From assembly GCA_046316615.1 (NCBI GenBank), contig JBKDAN010000049.1, positions 38,927 to 102,926 on the forward strand: a stretch of 64,000 nucleotides of DNA. Reading direction: 5' to 3'. The position numbers and the translations under genes were made by a program. This stretch comes from Phycisphaerae bacterium (GTDB lineage Bacteria; Planctomycetota; Phycisphaerae; Phycisphaerales; UBA1924). Positions 18,927-26,299 of this stretch are shown one piece after another (within the stretch, counting starts at the first letter, position 1; each line of letters starts with the position of its first letter). A model generated the notes under the pieces. The model was given only the letters and a program-made list of their open reading frames with translations. It searched no databases and was not told where the DNA came from.

Positions 18927-20992
18927 CGGCGCGAACGCAGCGTTTGCACCGCGTTTCTCATATGCAGAATCTTGCAGCCCGGGTGGCTCGGCAGGTCGGT
19001 GCCGGTCTCCATCATGATGTCGCGCAGTTGCGTCGGTGTGAGCGATGGATCAATGGCGAGCAGCTTGGCGGCAAGGCCACTGACGATGGGTGCCGCGGCG
19101 CTGGTGCCGCCGAAGAAGTCGGGCAACCCGCCGATGGTGGTTGCGGGCACGCGCCGGCCCCACGCGAAGAGATTGACGAACTCACCGTAACTCGTGAAGT
19201 CGGTGGGCTCGCACTTGGGGTCGAGTGCGCCAACGAGAATGACGTTGTCGTAGCGTTTGTCGCCCAGCACGCGGCGTTCGTCGCCCGTGTCGCGAGCGCT
19301 GTTGCCCGCGCTCACGACAAAGAGCACGTTGGGGCTGGCGGCAATGCCGCGCTCGAGCGCGGCTTCGAGTTCTTCGCTCGCGCCGCCCCAGCTCATGTTC
19401 ACGATGCGCACGCCGCGATCGCGCATCTGCGTGATGACGCTTTCAATGGTGGGAATCCATGCATCTTCCACAACGCCCGCCATGCCGCCTTCGTTGAAGA
19501 ACGTGCTGCGCAGGTTGAAGAGTCGCACGGCAGGGTTGCCCGCGGCGATGAGGCTCGCGCCGCACGTGCCGTGGCCGCGGATGCCGTGGAGCATCGGTTG
19601 GATGCCAGCGGGGAAGCGCGTCCGACCGGACTCGCGCATGACGAACCGGCGGTAGTCGGTCATGTCGATGATGGGCTTGGGCGAGTGACCCTGATGCTCG
19701 AAAGCGAGGCCATGCAGGTTGTCGATGTAGCCGTCGTTGTCGTCGTCGATGCCGTTGGTGGATCTGTCGCCCGATTCGCCGGGATTCTCGTACATCTGGC
19801 CGGGGAAGATCGCGGGATCAACGCCCGTATCCCATACGGCAACGATGACGGTCTCGCGCACGTCGCTCGCGTCGAGCGTCACCATGCGGTCATCCCAGCA
19901 GGCGGGCCGAATGCCGGTGTCGTTGATGCTCGCGAGGGCTTTGGCGCCTGCAGCGAGAATCTCTTCACGCAGCGGCAGGAAAAGCTGCTGTGTGCGCGCG
20001 ATAGCGAGCATCTGGCGGGCTTCGCGCGGGGACATGTTGGGCGTCAAGAAGTCCACGTGCCAGTCGGCGTTGAGTTCGGCGAGGCTGCGCAGGCTCAGGA
20101 GCGACCACGCGCGAGCGCTTTCGAGGAACCAGCCCAGTTGCTCGGGCTTGGTCATGCGCATGTCGTCGTTCTCGTTCTCGCGCTTCAGGCCCGACACGAT
20201 GCCGGTGCGTTCTTCGACTCTGAGCCAGACAGAAAGGTCCGCGGTGAGATGCTCTACCAGTTGGGCCCGACGCTGCTCTTCGCCGTTCGCTGGTGATTCA
20301 ATGAGATAATCCAGCACATTCATCAAGACAACTTGCTCAATCACATCGTCACGATCGAAGCCCTGTGCGCGAGATGAATACAACGCCTGTGCATCGCGGG
20401 CTGCGGCAAACTCTCCCGCAAGTGCTAGTGCATCGGTTTCAATGCTCCCAGCCATGCGCATCACGGGTCGCGTGCGCAGGTCGCAGGTAGATCGGACTTG
20501 GCGCGCGTACGCGGTGCCCTGCTCCGCCAGCAGCGCAAGCCCCTCTGGCGTTGCGAGCAGCGTGCTGGGCATGCCGGGCTGACGCCAGTGCCACGGGGGC
20601 AGGCCATCGACATCGCGCACGGCCAGTTTCTCGCCGTGCGGGGGCACGGGTGACTGCCGCAGATCGCGCGTCGTGCGGTCTTTGGTGTTGGCGGGCGCGG
20701 GCGCGTCGGGCTGGGCGTGGGCGGCGGGTGCAAACAAACAGCCAGCACCCGCAGTGACACCGATGATGGAACCTATGGCACAGCCCACCGCGGCGATGCA
20801 TCGTGCAAGAGCGTCGCGTGCGCGACCAAGGCCTGACAACGCAATCAGAGGGCGCACAGGCACGCAGTACGCAGGCTCACAGGTCTGACCTTCGCAAGGC
20901 TTCGGTTCGCAAGGCATAGCCACACTGCTACGCCACACCGCGCGCCCCGTTCGCGCAGTGCTTGCCCCAAGATCGCCGTCGCGCGCCTTCAT
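18923..20992 (-). CDS. S8 family (subtilisin-like) serine peptidase with a large N-terminal domain
   Basis: The catalytic triad contexts are 'VAVWDTGVD', 'HGTCGASLIAAGN' and 'GGTSAAAPIVSGLAAKL'. There is an N-terminal hydrophobic signal-like segment. Its 3' end overlaps the mutY start by 4 nt. Confidence 0.88.
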   Translation of the reverse strand: MKARDGDLGASTARTGRAVWRSSVAMPCEPKPCEGQTCEPAYCVPVRPLIALSGLGRARDALARCIAAVGCAIGSIIGVTAGAGCLFAPAAHAQPDAPAPANTKDRTTRDLRQSPVPPHGEKLAVRDVDGLPPWHWRQPGMPSTLLATPEGLALLAEQGTAYARQVRSTCDLRTRPVMRMAGSIETDALALAGEFAAARDAQALYSSRAQGFDRDDVIEQVVLMNVLDYLIESPANGEEQRRAQLVEHLTADLSVWLRVEERTGIVSGLKRENENDDMRMTKPEQLGWFLESARAWSLLSLRSLAELNADWHVDFLTPNMSPREARQMLAIARTQQLFLPLREEILAAGAKALASINDTGIRPACWDDRMVTLDASDVRETVIVAVWDTGVDPAIFPGQMYENPGESGDRSTNGIDDDNDGYIDNLHGLAFEHQGHSPKPIIDMTDYRRFVMRESGRTRFPAGIQPMLHGIRGHGTCGASLIAAGNPAVRLFNLRSTFFNEGGMAGVVEDAWIPTIESVITQMRDRGVRIVNMSWGGASEELEAALERGIAASPNVLFVVSAGNSARDTGDERRVLGDKRYDNVILVGALDPKCEPTDFTSYGEFVNLFAWGRRVPATTIGGLPDFFGGTSAAAPIVSGLAAKLLAIDPSLTPTQLRDIMMETGTDLPSHPGCKILHMRNAVQTLRSRR

Positions 20993-21026
20993 TTGCGCTT
21001 TTCACTTTTCGCTTTATCGCTGTGTC

Positions 21027-22784
21027 TTACAGCGTCACCATTTCCATGTCGGCTTCGCGGATTTCGTTGCTCGCGGGCACGCTCACATCGGTTGCGAACT
21101 CGGGCAGACCGGCCTTGGCCATTTCGCTGCGTATGTTGGCCGCGTTGAAGAGCTGGGCGTAGGGCAGCGTGATCTGTGCGCCGCCAGCCACCTGGCCCAG
21201 CGTGCTCTGCACGACGACCGTGGTGCGTTCCTGCGTCGGCGCGGGGCTGCCCGCGAGGATCGCGAGCATGTCCAGGGCCATCTGGCCTTCGCTCTTGGCC
21301 ATCTCGATCACCGGAATGGCCTGCTCGAAGGCTTGCAGCTTGCCTTGCCAGTTCTCAAACGTGCCAGCCTTCTCGGCGAAGGTCGCGCCGGGGAGGATAA
21401 CGTCAGCAACATCGAGAATCGCGCTGCTCAGCGTGTCGACGACGACGACGAACTTGCCCGAGAGCGAGCTGCGCAGTTCGCTGGTGGCCCATTCGCTGGG
21501 GTAGTTGCCCATGACGACGACCGCGCCGATGTCGCTGCTGCCGGTGCCGTGGCCCAGCGAGCGGAGCAGGTCGGCGTATTCCATGCTGCCGCCAAATTGC
21601 TTCAGCACGCGCCGCACGCCGCGGGCGTTGGGGGCCTTTTCAGCGCGAATGTGGAAGGCCTTGGGGTGATTGGCATCGGCGCCCGCGGGGTAGACCTTGT
21701 CGGTGCCGTGCGTGGGCACGGGGCCGATGGCGAAGACAGCATTGGGAGCGATCTGCTTCACGAGCTTGGCCCACGCGTAGGCCTCTTCGCACGTGAGCAT
21801 GGGGCTGACCATCAGCGCGACTTTCTTGCCCTTCGCGCTGGCGGCGCGCAGGCCTTCGATCACTTCGTCATAGCCGCGCGTGAAGTCGCACTCGACCAGG
21901 CTGCTGAACTGCTTGCGCATCGGCGAGCGAAGGCGGTTTTCGCTGTGCACGAACTTCCAGCCGTAGCGGACTTCATCGGTGATCCACCACTTGTTCACGC
22001 CCAGGTTCTTGCGCGGCTTGACGCGGTAGACCTTGCCATCGTTGTGATGGATGGAGATGTTGTCGCCGCTGCTCGTGAGCGGGTCGATGCTCGGCGTTTC
22101 CTTGAGGAACCACACGCGCTGGGCGAAGAGGAAGTCCTTGTCGAGCAATGCGCCGACGGGGCACAGGTCCACCACGTTCGCGCTCAGTTCGTTGGCGAGG
22201 GGCACGCCGGGGAAGACATCGATCTCTTCCTTGTTGCCGCGGCCGCCCACGAAGAGTTCGGCAGACCCAGTGACCTCGCGCGTAAAACGCACGCAGCGGG
22301 TGCACATGATGCAGCGATCGCTGTACAGATAGACGTGCGGGCCCAGTTCCTTCTTGGGCTGCTTGACCTTCTGCTCCTCAAACCGGCTCACGCCGCGGCC
22401 ATACGCGTAGGAGTAGTCCTGCAAGAAGCACTCGCCGGATTGATCGCAGACGGGGCAGTCCAGCGGGTGGTTGATGAGCAGATACTCCATCACCGCCTTC
22501 TGGTTGGCCACGCTCTTGGGGCTGTCGGTGTAGACCACCATGCCATCCACGCAGGGCGTCTGGCACGTGGGGAAGAGCTTGCCCCCCATGTACGGCGCAA
22601 GCTGGCCGGTCTTGGCATCCGGCGTGTACGCCTCGCCCAGACAGATACGGCACGAGGCCACAATCGACAGGCCGTCGTGGTAGCAATACTGCGGAATCTC
22701 AACGCCATTGGCGTTGGCGACCTGAAGAATCATCTGGCCAGGCGTGAAGTCACACTTCTTGCCGTTGATGGTGATGGTGGGCAT
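21027..22784 (-). CDS. nuoG: NADH-quinone oxidoreductase subunit G-like protein (2Fe-2S / 4Fe-4S / molybdopterin-oxidoreductase fold)
   Basis: 'MPTITINGKKCDF...IPQYCYHDGLSIVASCRICLGE', 'HPLDCPVCDQSGECFLQD', 'CIMCTRCVRF' and 'DLCPVGAL'. No other nuo genes are in the window. The ORF continues in frame upstream to 23294 (see findings). Confidence 0.88.
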   Translation of the reverse strand: MPTITINGKKCDFTPGQMILQVANANGVEIPQYCYHDGLSIVASCRICLGEAYTPDAKTGQLAPYMGGKLFPTCQTPCVDGMVVYTDSPKSVANQKAVMEYLLINHPLDCPVCDQSGECFLQDYSYAYGRGVSRFEEQKVKQPKKELGPHVYLYSDRCIMCTRCVRFTREVTGSAELFVGGRGNKEEIDVFPGVPLANELSANVVDLCPVGALLDKDFLFAQRVWFLKETPSIDPLTSSGDNISIHHNDGKVYRVKPRKNLGVNKWWITDEVRYGWKFVHSENRLRSPMRKQFSSLVECDFTRGYDEVIEGLRAASAKGKKVALMVSPMLTCEEAYAWAKLVKQIAPNAVFAIGPVPTHGTDKVYPAGADANHPKAFHIRAEKAPNARGVRRVLKQFGGSMEYADLLRSLGHGTGSSDIGAVVVMGNYPSEWATSELRSSLSGKFVVVVDTLSSAILDVADVILPGATFAEKAGTFENWQGKLQAFEQAIPVIEMAKSEGQMALDMLAILAGSPAPTQERTTVVVQSTLGQVAGGAQITLPYAQLFNAANIRSEMAKAGLPEFATDVSVPASNEIREADMEMVTL

Positions 22785-23645
22785 GGGCTGGCAGGGTAGG
22801 GGGCGAGCGGGGGAGGGGACAACAACGCCCGACCCCACTCTCCCCCCGGCACGCCCTCCGGAACGCCCCGCGCCACCGCCGTCAGCGGCGAAGCGTGCAG
22901 CCGCACGGCGGTGTTCGCGACGTGGGTGGGAAGTGCCTGAGTGCGAAGTGCCGGAGTGCGGAGTGCTGGGGGGTGTTGAGTTGGGCTGGTGGTGTGGTTG
23001 GTCTTGCTCCAGTGTGCAGGGGTGGTTTGGCGTGGGTTGGTGTGCCGTGGGTTCCGGCGCGGGCGCGAATTGAGGCGTGGGCGCAGGAGGCTGCGGCGCA
23101 GGTTGTGCGGGGGCTGGGGTGAGAGCTTCGGCGAGGGCCTCGGCGATGTGGGGTTGGCGGGACCACCAGAGGACCTGGTAGTAACGCAGGTCGCGCGCGT
23201 AGGAGACTGCTTGCATGTCGCCCTTGGCGGCCTTGATGAGTTTGATGAGGTCGCGGTCGTAATCGGTGAGACGCATTTGTGTGGCCCTCCACATATACCC
23301 CCGTGTGGCGTGGTGCGCGCGCGCACGTCTGCTGAAAATCCGGATTTGCGGGGGCTAAGTGGTTGGGGGCACGGAAGTAGAAAAAGTTGGAATTTCTGGC
23401 CGCGAGGTTGGGATTTCTGCTGCGGCGCGCGCACGAAGTGTGCTGTGTGGGCAGTCGTTGTGCGCGGCGCGGTTGTGTGGTGGGTGCCGGGCTGGGTTGG
23501 GTGGATCAGGTGTGCGAACTGGTGGGGCGCGAAGTCACACGGGCAGTTGCAGAGGCGGAAGCCCTTGGCACGGAGACGAGGGCGGCGGGAGGATGAAGGT
23601 GTGCCACCTGCCCAGACGATGGATGGGGCAAGTGGTGCCAACGGC

Positions 23646-24365
23646 CTACTTCACGAGCTTCCAATAGCCACGTCGGGGGTTCTCATAGCGACCATCGTCT
23701 TTGCCGTCCCGCAGCGCATGTCGTACCAGATGTCGGTATTCTGGATGTGGTGCCGAATAGTGGGGGCAGAGAACATCGGGTTGACAATCCGACGGCCCAA
23801 ATGTTGCAAGCACGTGGTTGTATATCGCTTCGAGTGGGGTCTCGACATCGTGAGATAAGTATTTGTCGAGTTCATCACGCAACTCGGATCTGCGTTTCAA
23901 TGCGAGTGGAATGGGCGGGCAAGCGATAGTGCCACCCCATCGCGCTCGCGTCGAAATCGCTCGCCACACCTGAAGTGGCGTCGCCTCGACACCGATCAGT
24001 GACTGTGCTTGTGTGAGTATTCTGTCAAACTCCGGTGAATATGGCAGTCGATCGCGTAGCCCAGTGCTCCCGAGGACATCCGCGACTGCGGCATGGAGCG
24101 ACTCGATCTCGATCTCATTGAACGGTGACTCTATCGGGGTCGGTTTACGAACCGCATGTGGAAGCTGGCCCGATTTTCGCAACAGAAGAAGCCGCTGGAA
24201 CACCGCGCGCTTGTCACTTCGTCCGACCATCTGCATGAGATGGTCAAACTCGGGTGTATAAGGAAGGGCATCCACTGGCATGCCCACGGCCACATATGCG
24301 GTGACCAACTGAGCGTCGTCTTCGCTCTGCAACGCTGGACGAAATGGACCGCGAGAGTCGTTCAT
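23646..24365 (-). CDS. Hypothetical protein: duplicated 'LPY[TS]PEFD' module plus a C-terminal Mrr_N-like winged helix
   Basis: 239 aa. Two internal copies ('VDALPYTPEFDHLMQMV...FQRLLLLRKSGQLP' and 'RDRLPYSPEFDRILTQA...VWRAISTRARWGG'). The C-terminus 'HPEYRHLVRHALRDGKDDGRYENPRRGYWKL' resembles Mrr_N/HARE-type wHTH endings. Its start overlaps the stop of the upstream FRG gene (ATGA). G+C is lower than in the flanks. Confidence 0.6.
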   Translation of the reverse strand: MNDSRGPFRPALQSEDDAQLVTAYVAVGMPVDALPYTPEFDHLMQMVGRSDKRAVFQRLLLLRKSGQLPHAVRKPTPIESPFNEIEIESLHAAVADVLGSTGLRDRLPYSPEFDRILTQAQSLIGVEATPLQVWRAISTRARWGGTIACPPIPLALKRRSELRDELDKYLSHDVETPLEAIYNHVLATFGPSDCQPDVLCPHYSAPHPEYRHLVRHALRDGKDDGRYENPRRGYWKLVK

Positions 24366-25084
24366 GTGAACTCGAATCGACGACGGGCAACAGCGCGTGC
24401 CACGCCGTCGAGGTCAGGAAACATTGCTGCACTGTTGATGTTCATCTCGTCCAGATGCGTCATAACGCTGAGGTAGAGGCTTGATGGGAGCACAACCTTC
24501 GTAAGCGCCTCCGGCACGATGATCTCCAGATCTCGGTCATTCGACTTTAGCCGTGTGAAGACGGACCTCTGCGAGTATGCCCGTCGATTGCCCACAAACG
24601 ACGCGGAGACAATTTCAACATCATCGAGTACGTCATCGCTAATCCCTTGCGCTGAGAGCACCCAGATCGCCACGTGCTTTGGTCGCTTTTTCTTTTCGAA
24701 AAGTCGCAACTCGTCAAACGCGAAGAACGCGGCAACATAGGGTGATTGCGTCCAGTCCAACAGCCGCGTAGGGAATCCGTGGTGTCGTGCCAGCTGCTCT
24801 AATGGGTCATTGTCCATGTCGGCAAGGGTGTCGTTGATTGCACAAGCCTCGGACCTAAACACGCCCAACGCACCAATTACATTGAGTTCCCGTGCGTGTC
24901 GATCCTTGAACACACTTACACGGTCAACAGTTGCGCGAAGCTGCCATTTAGCGTCGGCATGTCCTCTGAAGTACACGCGCTGTCGAGTGGTTGCGTCCTG
25001 CGTGACGTAATCGCCGATGAACTTCAGGTACGATGACCATGACTTCATTCGCTTCAGTTGGTAGACGGCGTTCCCCATCAACAA
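24362..25084 (-). CDS. FRG domain-containing protein
   Basis: 'RVYFRGHADAKWQLRATVDR' (FRG motif) and 'LARHHGFPTRLLDWTQSPYVAAFFAF' match the two conserved blocks of the FRG domain (PF08867), recalled from memory. Confidence 0.75.
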   Translation of the reverse strand: MLMGNAVYQLKRMKSWSSYLKFIGDYVTQDATTRQRVYFRGHADAKWQLRATVDRVSVFKDRHARELNVIGALGVFRSEACAINDTLADMDNDPLEQLARHHGFPTRLLDWTQSPYVAAFFAFDELRLFEKKKRPKHVAIWVLSAQGISDDVLDDVEIVSASFVGNRRAYSQRSVFTRLKSNDRDLEIIVPEALTKVVLPSSLYLSVMTHLDEMNINSAAMFPDLDGVARAVARRRFEFT

Positions 25085-25531
25085 CAGAATAGGTTCGCAG
25101 GTTCATCGGCAGGTGGCCCAAGGATGGCGTCACGACTTCATGCATTGACCGAACTCGTTCGACAGACCACCGGCTATCCGGCTGCCCATGCTGATTCGCT
25201 GAACGCTCGGCTCAAGCCCACAAACAAGTCGCCATGACTACATCGGCCTACGGCCTCGTTCTCTCTGGCAACGGCCTTGTGCACGCCTATCACTGCCAAG
25301 GCCGAACGGGCAACGGCAAACTTAGCAGCCCGTGGCATGCACATAATGCACCAAGGAAATGCGGCCACCCGTCGTTTGGATGTTCCAGATGCCAGAGGAA
25401 GGGAAGCCCTTCCTCCGGCACCTTCATCCCTGAAGGGAGCGGGCGCGGTCCGGTTCATCGGTACCACCGTGTGTTGATGGACGTGCACCCGTTACTGACT
25501 GGAGATTTCAGCGGTCGGTCAAGAGTTCCAA

Positions 25532-26080
25532 CTACGGTTGCGTGCTTTGCTCCCGCCATGCGAGTTCTCGTTCTTGGTCGTGCGCTCCTTCGCATCGAGC
25601 CAAGCGAGCGGGCACCTGTCCCATCGTCTTCATCACCGCCTTCCAGCGAGGACCATGTGCCGATGCGGTCGGATCAAGTTGGAACGTTACCAAGTGGGCG
25701 ACTTCGTGTGCGATCAGCTCATCGATCTCGACGGGCGTTCGCGTGCTGAGCACCAACTCGGAGTAGCGAATCTCGGCCGTCTGTACTTTGGCGTAGCCCT
25801 GCGTCCGTGACATTCTCGCGGAGAACGTGACCGAAGGGCCATCACCTTGCAACTGTGGATACAACAGACGAACGACCCGCCACCATTCGGCCGTTCTCTC
25901 CACGACCCATTTCTTTCGCTGAGCGAGCGACCATCCGTTCCACTCGAGCGGAAGGGGCGACAACTGCGACAGGGCCGCCGCGGTACGTTGAGATTCGGTC
26001 GTGCGTTGCTTTTCTTGGCTTCGCTGAAGAGCAACAGCCAACAGCACCGCCAATAGCAATCCGATGCCCAGGCACCACAT
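25532..26080 (-). CDS. SprT-like zinc metalloprotease domain protein with an N-terminal TM anchor
   Basis: 'MWCLGIGLLLAVLLAVAL' (TM), then 'SARMSRTQGYA......IRYSELVL......IDELIAHEVAHLV...HGPRWKAVMKTMG' (HExxH plus the SprT-like 'HG..W' block). Confidence 0.72.
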   Translation of the reverse strand: MWCLGIGLLLAVLLAVALQRSQEKQRTTESQRTAAALSQLSPLPLEWNGWSLAQRKKWVVERTAEWWRVVRLLYPQLQGDGPSVTFSARMSRTQGYAKVQTAEIRYSELVLSTRTPVEIDELIAHEVAHLVTFQLDPTASAHGPRWKAVMKTMGQVPARLARCEGAHDQERELAWREQSTQP

Positions 26081-26299
26081 GCAATGCAGAATAGGACAGG
26101 CATTGTGATGTGTGAGCTATCACGATCGTCCGCGAAGGTCGCCTAGGTATGTTCGTGCCGGTGTGTGGTCACGTTTGTGGTCTTCCCGTGATCACTCCTG
26201 GCCTGGCACGGCGTAAGTGATGCGGATGGCGTTGACCATCATGTCGGGCTAGGGCAGTCGTTGCGTTGGGTGTTGTGGGAGGTGTGAGAGAAGAAGTCG

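Noticed and set aside
18842-22799. Long plus-strand ORFs (18842-20296, 20958-22799) opposite the S8 peptidase and nuoG
   Set aside because: Both minus-strand genes carry catalytic or cofactor motifs. The plus-strand translations are Ala/Gly/Arg/Val-rich with no motifs.
22730-23641. 303-aa minus-strand ORF spanning the nuoG upstream region
   Set aside because: It is out of frame with nuoG, and its Pro/Thr/Arg/Ser-rich composition is driven by the G+C-rich repeats. It has no RBS and no motifs.
25174-25749. ORFs 25174-25488 (-) and 25234-25749 (+) in the spacer upstream of the FRG gene
   Set aside because: They have an implausible composition and no RBS, they overlap each other, and the plus-strand one overlaps the SprT-like gene. 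I treated the region as non-coding.
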